From contig SMSO01000031.1 of assembly GCA_004764695.1 (NCBI GenBank), positions 2,270,436-2,334,435 on the forward strand: a stretch of DNA of 64,000 bases. Direction: 5' to 3'. Under the pieces are notes generated by a model. The model did no database searches. It had not been told where the DNA came from and saw only the letters and a list, made by a program, of their open reading frames with translations. Source of the DNA: Schizochytrium sp. TIO01 (taxonomy: Eukaryota > Protista > Bigyra: Labyrinthulomycetes). The position numbers and the translations under genes are program-made. Shown here piece by piece: positions 28,901 through 41,200 of the stretch; the stretch's first letter is position 1; each line of letters begins with the position of its first letter.

Positions 28901-31900
28901 GTGGCACAGGTGAGCCATGCAATATGCGATTTTTGATATTTAGCAATTGACAAAATTCGTGAATTATCTCAACACTCATACAATACTTTGTACATCAAGA
29001 AACTAATCTACTCGAGAGGAATTATTGCTTGTTAGGGCCGTAGCTTAAGGTAAAATATGAAAAAAGTAGCTAGTAGTCTTAAACTTATCTCCCATATAAT
29101 ACTATCAAGAATTCATCCAGAAGTTGATTTTCCTTCTTCTTTTAAACATGCAGTAAATTATTACTAGTATATGAGATTACAGCAGGGTGCAACAACATAG
29201 TCACATGTATAAACTCATTGCAGTCTACAGCGCAATGACCTGTGCAGAACTAAGCTCAATGTATAAGAGTCTCACTGTTCTTGTAGTGTTATTGCTTGAA
29301 TACACTCACAAAGTTGTGACCACAATTCAGAACATACTTCGGAAATAGAATGCGTATGTTTGATGCCAATATGACAATCAATTTGTCTGCCAAAACTATA
29401 AGAGATAGTCGAAAATACTTCTTAGCTTGAGATGGTTAAGAACAGTGTTCTATAGGTATTTAATTGTATATATGTATCATGATTCAGGACAATAGTGTCC
29501 AAACAAAAGCGTCCATACGAATATTATCTTTTAGCACATCTCATGTTAAGAGATAACAGAAATTGTTATGAAAACTAGCGTTGCTAAGGGATTTGTAAGT
29601 ATGATAATTAGAAAGGGGTCGAACGGAAACGACCGTAGGCTACTTCTATCAAGAGAACTAAGATAAAATATGTTTAAAATTCACGATGATGACCTCGCAA
29701 CGATTTTATTATCAAAAAATCTATTAATACTACTTCAAGACTAGAAGAGTCAAGCTATAGTTCATCTGATAACTGAAGAAATGTTAAAATGCAAGGGCAA
29801 GTCCATAATATTTAGCCAATAATGTTGGTTTTTTAATATTATTGCTCTTTATTTCTGTGAAAAAGCCATACATGATCAAATACTGCATTGATTGGAGTTC
29901 TGGTAAAATGTCTTTAAAATGTCTTTGGAGATATAACGTGATAATTGAAGAATGAGAGGATTTTTTTTTAAATCGATCAAATACTATATTGAAGTTAAAT
30001 ATAAAAATGACTAGCAAGAGGTTTCTTTGAAACCATATTTGAGATACGCTTAGAACCAGTAGGACATCGCCATCCACCAATTCCTCGGGTTGTCCTATGC
30101 TTTAAAACCATAGTAAGGGATACGTAATATCAGATTATGCAGAGTACGAAAACACAGATACTAGACCAAAATCAGCCCAGAGCAGCGTCATCTATTTTCA
30201 GCATTTGCCTAAATGTCCACTGATATTAAATTTCATTGTACAAGGAATTTTCGTGGAAAAGAGGGTATCAATAGAATCAAAGATTTTGCTCTTGAGGAGT
30301 AGAACAAGAAGCGATATCTAGTACCTCAACATTTTATAATTAAAAAAGAAAAAGAAAAAAAAGATAGTATAATTTATTAAAAGTGTATACATATTGAAAA
30401 GCTAAAAGTCGACCATGTTTCATTTACATTCATTCACATTATTTTGCTTTTCGGTACTCCTTTTTTAAAATGAGATGTTAATTACTACAATAAATTACTA
30501 ATGAACCTTTGGCCCATCAACACGCTTCAATCCAGACCTGCTTGTGGTATGGCCTTTCTATCTCGATACAGGCTGGTATCATCAGATATAAATAGCAAAT
30601 AGACAAAGTTCTATACCCTCAGGTCACTACGGATTACCCTTTGCATAGCAACCTCTTCCCCAGCTTGATTACAGGGGGCTTCTGGATTCTTCTTCTTTCT
30701 TTCGGCAACGCGCTCGGTTCCTGCAGCGAGGCTGCGAAAAATGAGGAAGTTCAAGTATAGAAAATAACTACCCATATAAGTACACCAATATGGATGGAAG
30801 CTGCGCTCCATCATGAGTTTGAATAGCCTATCTACTACTATATCTACAGAGTGAAACTCGATTTGCCAAAATATAGAAACTGAGAATTTTGTCTTAGTTT
30901 GGAAGACATGTAGGTTAAAAACATTTAATTTATTTTTTTATTTTGTTTTTAAAAATTTATTCTAAACTTTTATCTTCATTATGGTGTAAAACAACCAACC
31001 TTCAATCATGATGGCAACAACAAATTTAATTATTTCGAACATTATCTTTTCCATGTAACACCTCGAATTCTAAACATCAGATCACTTCCTCAGGACCGCT
31101 TCAACCCTCGTGACGACCGGGGCTTGAATACTTGAGTGCTCCGGGCAGTCAGTCAGCTGTCTGCCATCAAGCTTTACTTTCTCTAAATCATCTTTAATTC
31201 TGTCAAAGAGAAAGAGTAAATGGCCATATGACAGTAAGTACCTGTCTCTCCTGGGAAGTTTTGGCCGTCAAAGTGTCGTTTGGGGAAGTGGGACTTTTCT
31301 TCCGCTGCAAAGTAGTTCCTCAATGTTGAACTGCCTTCCTTCCGTTACGAGAGTGGTACTCACAATCTCGATGAGCCGTACGTGCGCCTACTCTTGACGC
31401 TAGCTATAGGTAGGTACTTCCTAGCTGAGGCAGCGGTAGTTTTGCTTTGAGTTTTATTTCGAGATATCGCTCGCTAAGTCTGCTGTACTGCTGCAACTCG
31501 AATTCGAAGCCGTGCGTGCGTGCAGAGTCGCAGCGGCGGCTGGTTCGTCACCTGGGCTCTTTTGCGGGTCAGAACCTGCGATGGACAGGCCAGGAGACGC
31601 TCGTGTTGCCAAGCAGGAGCGGGCGCGTTCCCATACTCTTGCAAGCGGGCTTAAACCCAACCCTTCTCTGTAAAAAACACGGTTGGTACTATCGAAAGCG
31701 GCTGAAAAAGAGCGAACCGAGGTTTCACAGAACGCAGCACTCGGGTGGATTTTCTTTGCCTGCGATTTGCTGGTTTCTGCGCGTTCTCTCACTGGAGCGA
31801 CGGGACCGTTTCAACCTGGGTGACACCTTGTGCCGCGCTGGAGCTTCGGCTTGCTCGCGTGTCCTATCCGCTCTCGCGAACCTCTTTCTGCACGAGAGCA

Positions 31901-32869
31901 GCGCAAGCACAGACCCAATGCAATGTCCTTTCCTTACGTGTTCTGGCGTTTTCTCCTTCGCCCATATGGCTTTCAATCTCAGCCGTTCCCAGCCATTATC
32001 ATTTGCAAGCTCCACAGTTTTGCCTCATCTTCTGTGGTTCCTGAGCAAGCACGGACTTCACTCATTTAGCCAGCCAGCCAGTACTCTCGGCAGCAAGAGC
32101 TCTTCGAAAACAGCAACAGCCACAACGACAACGACAACAGCAAAAGCAGCACCAAAAGCATTACGAGCAACGAAATGAAAGGGCTTCTGCGTCCAGCCGA
32201 AGGAAGCCTGGTAGAGTGGTGGAGGGAGGAGTTTGCTTGCTTGCTTTCCTCCTTGCCTCACCGATGCATTTCTTCGCTCGCCGTGCCACCGCCAGCGATA
32301 CCCGGCTTAAACAGCGTGAGCGATCGACAATCGGCAGCGATCAATCGACGGATGATTGGTTTTTTCACAAAGCAGGCATTCGGAAGCCTCGATTCCTTCT
32401 GCCTTTTCAAGCAATTGGAAACTAATTCGATGCGCTGACTCGTATACTTCCAAAAGAGGACCCTTATGTATGTATGTGGGTACCACCCTGCGTGTGTGAT
32501 GTACGGCGCCGTTCGTAGAGTACAAGATACGGGGTCCGGCCTCCTCGTGAAGCGCTCGATGGGCCTTTTCAGGAGCTAGCTGGTAGACCTGGCGGCGCTG
32601 CTTCGCTTTCCTCCGAGACTCACGGCAGTTCGTTCCGCCATGCAGGCAGAGTTGGATTGAAGTCATGGGCACATCACATGGCGCCTTGGGGATCTTAGCC
32701 TGGAACCAGGAGCACAAGCTGTACGTACCTAAGCTTTCCTTTCTTTTAAATTGTTAATTTTTAATTGATAGAATATATAATTAACATAAACCAAATACTA
32801 TTTAGCATTTTAAGTAGTGGAAAGTTGTAAGTATTGATTTACTGATTTGTTTTATTTTAATTAAAAGGT

Positions 32870-32908
32870 CTGATTTGATTTGATTTGGTTTGGTTTGGTT
32901 TGGTTTGA
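32870..32908. repeat. (TTTGA)n/(TTTGG)n pentamer microsatellite
   Basis: Direct reading. Confidence 0.85.
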
Positions 32909-33155
32909 TGGAAATAAAACGAAATGATTTGTAAGAAAATGTCGGAGATGCAGTTATTAGATATTCTTTGCACAGTTGCTTTGGATTTCAAGGCAAATTT
33001 AAGCGGAACGATCAAAACAAATGCATACGCCAGCTGGCGTGTTTCTTGATGCGATGTTGATAACATGAGCTTCCTGCAGAATAGCTTGAGGTGGGTGAGC
33101 TTTTAGCGAAAGAAAGTCCTTCGCAAATGCACACCGTCCTCCCTAAGGAGGGAGC

Positions 33156-33193
33156 GACTCGACTCGACTCGGCTCGACTCGACTCGACTCGAC
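33156..33193. repeat. (GACTC)n pentamer microsatellite
   Basis: gactcgactcgactcggctcgactcgactcgactc. Confidence 0.9.
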
Positions 33194-34807
33194 CCAACTT
33201 TTTTGATTTCTCCAATCAAGAAACAGCAAGCATGCGAGCTAATTCAAGATGGAGATTTATATCCTGTTGTAATAAGCAGTTCATGGCACCGGCATCAAAT
33301 AGCGGCTGTTAAAAGACCTCTGCATCTCTGCACTGCCACATGCAAATTAATGAGTCTTTCGCTTCGATCTAATTCGTCAAAGCAATGCCTCAGATCTAAA
33401 CTCCAGGCTGCCTGGCTTACGCGCTCAAATTTCCGGCACCGAGCGACATCATTTCAACTGCCTCCTTGTGTGAAATGCCAGGAACAGCGATGAGCAAATC
33501 GTATCCCGAAATGAAATTTGGCGGATCATGGCAACAACAGGCATTTTGACCATTCCCGCATTCCAAGATGTTTCTTGCGATCCTGAATTTACTACATGCT
33601 TCCACAGGCCAGCCTTCTCGGAGCTTATCAAGATGCAGACCGTCGCCCGAGCTCTGGCGCTTCCTGCTCGTCGCGCCAGGGCCGCTGCTCAGGCCACCGA
33701 TTACGGACGCGGCGGCGTCGCGACGAGCATCTGGGCAAAGCAAAAGAAACAAGAATCAAGGGCTCCAAATGAATAATTAGGTCGCCCTAAGTGAATCCTC
33801 TGAGCCTCGGCGTCTCTTTTTCTTTTTCCTCTAAAGAAAAACAAAAAAGCGAATGCGGAAATGTACGAAATGAATTAGTGATGGTAATGGAGCAAGCAAA
33901 TGAATGCGCAGGAACAGGTGTCAGTCGCGCGGCGTCGCGATCGCGACCGCCTCCTCTAAGGCAAAGCAGGCTTTTTATAAGTGTCAGCCGAATGATAGAT
34001 AGTCTTTAGAGCGGCCTTTACTGGCGCCGCTCCCCTCATAGCCGTGCGCAGAGTGCGAGGAGGCAGAGGTTTCTGAGGAAAGGCAATTTCGAGCCTCGTC
34101 TGAAAACTAAGAATACCCCGCCAAAAAAAGTACTTAAAAAAACAAAGCCCTCGACCTAAACCAAAAAAATTCTCGTTCTCCTCTTTCTCCTTTTAAAAAA
34201 TGATTCTTAAATTTACTTTTTACTATTTATTGATTTATTTATTTTAAATTTGTTTTCAAATAGGAAAAGCAGAGCAGGAAACCCCTCTTTTATCTAACCA
34301 AACAGACGAATAAATCAATAAAATTGAAAATTAAAAAGAAAAGGTGAAGAGGGAGATGGAGAAGAAGAAGGGGAGTGGAATGTGATAAAAAGAGAAAACG
34401 CAAGCAGAAATCAAGCAAAAGCAAAGGCCGCTCCGTATTCCGGTGCTGGTGGCGTGCCGCGGCCTCCTCTCGGATGGATGGCTCTGCAATCTCCGCAGCG
34501 ATGCGGCCGCCCGCGCTTTCTTCGCTCCCACTGCGCAGTCAGAGGCGCCAGAGGCGGCCCCTCTCTCGTCCTCTGCTTTCCCGAGCCCCTCTTGGTCTCA
34601 CAGAAACCAAAAAACAAACAAAAAAACTTAAAACTTATGAAACTAAAAACCGCTCAGGGTAAGTAAGGTACCTTATCTAAACAGTAGGACAAGTAAAAAT
34701 AATCATGATGGTAAGTAAGCCCCCTTTTTCCTCTTTTTCTTCTTTCCACGCACGAAAGCTCAACTTCTCAAATAACCAAATGATCCTAAAGGAAAAGGAA
34801 AAACCCT

Positions 34808-34992
34808 TTCATTCATTCATTCATTCATTCATTCATTCATTCATTCATTCATTCATTCATTCATTCCCAAGTTTCAACTTCTTTTCCGGAGTCTAATTCT
34901 CTCTCCCTCAATCAGTCAGTCACTCAGTTAGCCAATGAATGAATGAATGAATGAATGAATGAATGAATAAATGAATAAACGAATGAACGAAT
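34808..34992. repeat. Inverted pair of microsatellites: (TTCA)n 34808-34866 and (AATG)n 34934-34992
   Basis: The two tracts are reverse complements separated by ~67 nt. Confidence 0.9.
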
Positions 34993-35135
34993 CGCTTCGC
35001 TTTAAATTCCTCCGTAGGACCAGCTAGCGCCCGCCTACTCCCCCTCGCAGGCGGCCCAGGAGTCATCTAGGCGGCAAGCAGCGCTTAGGGGTTCCTAGCC
35101 TCCACTTAGCGCCTCCATATTAGCGCGCAGTAAAA

Positions 35136-35234
35136 AAATACCTACATAAGAGTTATCCCCATAAAAATGATAGCGAGGCGGCAGGGCAAGCAAACCCAGA
35201 ACTCTGTGCGCAAATACCTACATAAGAGTCATCC
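35136..35234. repeat. 23-bp direct repeat pair (AAATACCTACATAAGAGTYATCC), 76-bp period
   Basis: Copies at 35136-35158 and 35212-35234, 22/23 identical. Confidence 0.9.
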
Positions 35235-38200
35235 GCAATGGGTGGCCTGCCTCGCGAGCGCTTCGCAGGGAGGCCTGCGGCTGGCTGAGGACCGCCGCTG
35301 GCAGGCCGGGGCGGCCTCGCGGCGCGTATTGCGGCCGGTAGCAGCGCAGGAGCAGCGCCGGAGCCCGCGCGGAACGGCCTGGAGGCTTGTTTGATCAACA
35401 TTCACATTCAAATGCGCTCCTCTCGCATTGGAAACAATAGGGGACTAGGACCAGACAGGGGAAACTCTAGGAAGAGCCACGTCTTGAGGAGGCTAGAATG
35501 ATGCTCGATCGATTCGTGGATCGATGCCGAGGACGAAATTCATGCGAGCAGAGCTTGCTTGCCTCCGTGACTTTGGCATTTACTCGGATGCGCCCAAATA
35601 CGCACGCTGCTGCTGGGTCTCTCGCGCCTGCACGTGGTCGTCGGGCCGAGGCTTCCGTCGATCGAGCTGCTGCTGCAGTCCTTTCTTTCTTTCTTTCTGT
35701 CTTTCTTTCTCAGCCACATCGATGAGGGTATTAAATTGGCACGACTGGATGTTCCATACGTTCCAGCCTCGAGGTTTGAGACACAACACAGATTGGATGA
35801 TCGAAGAAGGGCAAATGAAGCAGCAGCAGCAGGCCGCTCCGAAGCGGGCGCCGCGAGCGCAAACAAGGCCGACGAGAAGGCCGCGAGCGGGAACAGCTTG
35901 GAGGTGACTAGCGATTTCTAGCTATAGCTAGCTGCCTGCCTGCCTGCCTGCCCGCTTTGAGACGGAGAAGTCTTGAATGCAGGAAGCACACACGGGCACA
36001 TGCTAAGGAAGAAAGAGGGATCGCTGTGATGAAGTTGAGGAATGTGACTGTTTTCTGTTAATTTCTTTGGTTATTCAGAAAACAGTTGTAAAAACAGGCG
36101 ATCAATCGATATACCGATGAGACATTGGAAGAAAAAGTGGAAGCAAGTGAAAGAAACAAGAAAAAGTAAAAAAAGAAAAAGAAGAAAAGAGCAAACAAAC
36201 TAAGAGCAACTCGAGAGACATGATTTGTTTGTTTGTTTGTTTGTTTGCTCTCTCTCTTTCTACTTGTGGATTTTTTTTTGCTGTGGTTGCCGAAAATGGG
36301 CGGTCTCCGTGCGGCATTATTGGTATTTCTCTATGTAGCGGAATGTGAAGGCGACCCCTGTTCTTCTGAAAGCTCCTGGCGAGGGTGTCCACCGAGAAAT
36401 TCATCGCTTCGAAAAGGAATAGCGAATAATGCAGGTGATGTGGTAAATTTGCCAAGGGGTGACAAATTTTCTCTCTCTTTTACTTTCCCGTTTTCTTTTT
36501 CTTTTTTAAATTGTGTAGGTAGGTTACCTACTATGAAAAAGGAAATAAAGAAAGAAAAATAGAAAGGCGATGAAAAACTGGGGCAATGTCGAAGGCGAGA
36601 AGAAATAGATATTGTAAGGGACCTTGGGTGAACTTTTAGTACTCATACACTACTTCTGAAGCTCGAAAGATTCGACGAAGGTTCTCGAGAGCTCGTAAAT
36701 CAACACCATGTTTGGAGGAGAGAGAACATGCAATTACTCTGGAGCACGCGCCGATGCCTGGTTAAAATCTCTTTGTTCTGCATTTCTCTCTCTTTATTCC
36801 CATTGCTGCGCTGACCCATTTTCATTCTCCTGCGCTCTTTATCTTTGTTTGCAATTTAAAGAAAAGCTATGGCTCAAGCAAGTTGTTCCTCCAATGTCAT
36901 CTGCTGATTTGTTCCTTGAAATTTACAGCAAGTATCTCCCCAGGTAGCGATCAATGCGGCGGATGAGCAGCAGCAGCAACTCCCAACCCAGATTATTGTT
37001 GTTGTTGTTGTTTACAGACGGACACGCTGGTAATTTATTTTCCACGAAGAGAAGAAGACCACCGCGGCTCGATCTGTGTGTTGCCTGCACAGGTTCACTT
37101 ATTCACGCCTGATTTTCACTTTCTTTGCATCTGCGCTCGATCATTTTCTCGATCTTGTTGTTGACATGTTTTTTGTTTTATCTTTCGGCTGGAGAAAGGT
37201 CGTCGTCGAATTTTGCCATTTCGCAATCTCACTCTCACTTCCGGACAGAGGTTTGTTGCTCTCTCTTTTCTGATGAATCAGACCTGATGATCAGAGAACA
37301 CGATCAATGCCTCATATTTCCAACTTCGTTCTGCAGAGAAAGGAAGGCGACTCCCGGTCCTCTGTTTTGTTCTCTTCCTCGCCACCATAAACAACAACCC
37401 AACAGCTACAAAAGAAAAAGAATGAAGAAAAAAAATAAACAACACAATACTGTTTACTCTTTCTTTTTTTCTTCTTTTTTTCTTTGTGCTGCTTTCCGTT
37501 TCTTTTCTTTTCTTTTCTGCGTGTCTAGAAATGAAACATCCTCGAAGAAGCGAGTTATGGAGTGAGATGAAGGCACCCGACTGTCTCTCTCTCTCTCCTT
37601 CTCCCGATCTTGTTTGTCCAAACAAAAGTCGAAGCCGTCGCTTGCTTTTCTCCGAAGAAGTTCGTCTTCAAAGAAGCTCTTCGATCGAAGAATCCGAAGA
37701 TCGCTCAAGTAAGCAAAACTAGAGAGGGAAGAAGTAGGTACCTTCCTACCAACCTACCTTCAGTACTAGAGCAGCGCTAGTGAAATTAAATTAAACTCCA
37801 GTAATAAGAAGTGTCGCACACGAGTCGTGAGCATGGTCAGCAGGTGCCGGGGAAGGTGTCTCTCTCGAGTGAGGTAGCTCAGCTACAAGCCCAAGCAGGA
37901 GGAGCAGAGGAGGGCTCAGCAGTCAGTTGCCTTGACGAACGAAAAGGCAAGCGAGCTCTTCCTTTGTCTGCTCGCGCCCACTGGCTTATTGCGAGCTCAG
38001 CGGCTCGGTTCGATTCTTGGCATTCATTTATTCATTCATTCGTCGTCTGCTCGTTCTTCTTTCGGGAGCGAAGAAGAACTTACTTCTTCAGGTTGAACTT
38101 TTAGCTCGAGCTCAAGTGTGTTCTGTACTTATGAAAAGCAGAGCTACCTACCTAGGTGGAGCGGCAGTAGGTACGTGTACTGTTTGTTTGCTTGCCTGTT

Positions 38201-41200
38201 AGCTTCTGTGCTGGGTGCTCCCGTTGGGGTCTCAAGAGACGCCAAGGGCCCCCCCTTGAAGTGTGCGGATACGAGTAGGATCCTTTGGACTAGGCGGCAG
38301 GGAGCGAGACCTGCGCGACAGTGGGGGGCACCAACACGCCTTAATGGCCGGGGACGGGCTGTTCTGAGGTTGGCGATGGCAAATGTGATCAAATAAATGC
38401 CTTTACTTCGCTGGGAAGACTGCACAGAGACCCTGGTGCTTCTATTTGGAGAATCCAGCGTTAAGATTTGAGCAAAATTAGTTGTGACTACTCACTTTGC
38501 TGTTGATGAGGCCTGCTGCCTTCTCGGTGGGTTTCCTTCAAGTTCTTCTCGATGGTTGCGAGCTAGGCTTGGCTGCAGTGCAAAGGTAGCTGAAGGGGAA
38601 AGAAACTGCAAATGTGTGAACGTCAGTAGTAGAACAGAGGTAGAGACAGATAGATATCAAGAAAGTGGTGTACTACTACGTACGCCCCGTGTCGAGTCGT
38701 CATTTGCAGTGCTTCTATATATTATCTTCTACCTTTCTTTCCATCTGCGAAAGCCTGCAGTAGAAGTTGAAGCTTGAATGGCGCAGACATATATATGACA
38801 TCTTCGCCTGTAACTTAAGCAAGAGAAGTGTAAAATGAGTGAAGCTTGTGCTATAGCTATAACTTTCCTTCACTTGCTATGTCTGCCTGTGCTTGCTTGC
38901 CCGAACTTGCTCCATTCCTTGCAATAATTTACCTTCACTTTGATCGAATCCGTTCGTTCATTCATAGATGAAATTTCTACCTAGCCCAGCCTCCTCCATT
39001 ATACGTGTGTCACAGTGTTGAAGCTATTTTTGGATTTCCCTGCAGACCACTGATCAAAAGATCCCTCGCTCCGGTTTGCGACGTCGTCGCGTTCTCTGCC
39101 CTCCCTCTCTTTGGCGATGATGTCAGATTTGGGCCCTCCTATTAACTCCTGTCATCCTGACCCTGGAGATGCACTTACAGGGCTATTATAAACTTGTAGT
39201 AACCGGTTCGAAGCACAAAGCTAGCGCCTCGAAAACCGAAAAGTATTTTGCTAAGCTTTCAGGAAGAAACGGCGCCACCCGCAAAAAGGTATCGTCCCAG
39301 TTAGAATGATGGGAAGAAGAAACAAAGAGAACATGAGCAAAGAAGAAAAAGACGGGAGTAAGAGAGAGGCTCTCAGACACAATAATCTCTCACTGTCTCC
39401 ACAGTCTCGCAGTCTTTTTATTTCTTTTATATTTCTGTTTTCTTTTTACCTTCCTTTTTTTTTTAAGTTTTTTTCTTCTCAAAGCCTACTCGAGTCTAAT
39501 TTTTCTCTTTCTTTTGATTTAAAAAAGTTGAATTAAACAAAAAAAAAATGAACTGAAAAGAATGGGCAGAGAAGAAGAAAAAGAAAAAGAAAAACTAAGG
39601 TGAGACCCTGCTGCGGAAAGAGAAGAAAAGGGAGATTAAAGTTTTGCATGGGGTTTTCTTTCTCTTTTTCATTAACTGTTCTGTTACTTTTGAAAGTTTT
39701 CTCCTCTGGTTTTAAAATGAAAATGAAAAAAATGACAATGAGCGAAGCTCTTTTTCATCCCTTTTCAAAATTTGGTTTTAGAAAAGAGAAAGAAAATAAA
39801 CTCCCACGATGTTAGATGATGTTGAGAAAACATCAAAGGCCTGCTTGAAAAAAAAAAAAACATGTAGAACAGGGGATGAATGGGTTAAGCTCAGATTGCA
39901 GCACGGCCTTCGCTTCAGTTTGATTTAAATCTATTTCAAAAGAAGTTTTTTTCCAATGACCCTCCATCATATCAAAGGAATTTGAGATCTTCTTATCCAA
40001 AACGTCCTTGAATGTTGTGTGAATCGAGGGTATATCACTCTGATATCAATAAAAAGAAAACCGTGCAACTCTTCAGCTTGAGTAGCCAAAACCCAGGCAG
40101 AAAATCATTCTTTCCTCCATTCACTCACAATATCATGCGATGCAACACCCACCTCCAAGATGGTTTTTAATCCGCATCCATTCATTCATTCATTTCGCTC
40201 CTGAGAGATATCAATCTTTACGATGACGTTTGAATCTGGCGCGGAGCCTATAGCCTGTGTAAAGAGCAAGGCACTTCGCTCATTCTTCGCAATTTGATTG
40301 TTCCCACTGTGTTTCTTACTTTTCCGAAACTATGCATGAGAGCACAATACAACCTGTGCTTGCTCGAGTGTGATTAAAAAAAATGAATGATTCACAACTC
40401 GCGTCCGTGTAAGAAGGACTTCAATCTTCCCAAAAGTGCGTTCCCTTCTCCGTGCCTCGTCTTCCAGACTTTAATCCAATTTGAGGAAAATAGTTTCTCA
40501 CCTTAATCGAGCACGAGCTTATGTCACATATATTTCATGAAAGGCGGAAATTCTAAAGACGGACTCACCCAACTCGGGTTACAATCACTGAGAACGCACG
40601 TTCTCACGCGTGACCGCCTTGCTGCCGTGAACTGTAACTTTGACCTGCTTGCTGGGCACGCTGGATTAATGAGGAAACGCTGGATGGAGCCAGGGTCCTG
40701 TTACCCTTATCTACTAGAAATGCCTATGTTATTTGCAATCTGACAAATGCAAAAAAGGCCGTGGCATTGCTATTGCATTCTAATTGTATAGGCTGCCATA
40801 TTACGTTTTGCTGTCTATTTGACTGGGAGAATGAAGGTCGCGATCCCTAATGTGTAAACAATTCACTGGGATGTTTTAATGAGGAAGTAAAAGTGGACGA
40901 ACAAGAAATATGTCCGCAAAGATCTTGAAAACTAGTGCTTTCGTTGAATTCTGAGCGAATTGATCAACCCTAGTTGTAGGAACGAGTGAAAACATGTAAC
41001 CTGGGGAGTCACATACTGTGACTCTATTTCCACCAAATGCTAGGAAAAACTAGGTTTTATCTGCTGTTTTACAGAAGTAATTCATTTGCTGGCACGATCT
41101 CATTCTGGACATTTTTTTCAAACCTCAACAATCAAAATATTTGAACTCCATCTCAAATTGTGGAAGTGGCATTTCGTGCATTGAAAATACATGGGGACCA

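Noticed and set aside
35136-35234. CRISPR-like repeat-spacer-repeat
   Set aside because: Only two repeats, no cas genes, eukaryotic context.
37980-38025. GGTTCGATTC B-box-like motif
   Set aside because: No cloverleaf, and the candidate A box is too close.
31447-38777. Numerous 60-240-aa ORFs in the gene desert (e.g. 31447-32178, 32307-32717, 35524-35907)
   Set aside because: They arise from GC-rich or low-complexity DNA in several frames at once, lack coding bias, and many translate SSRs.
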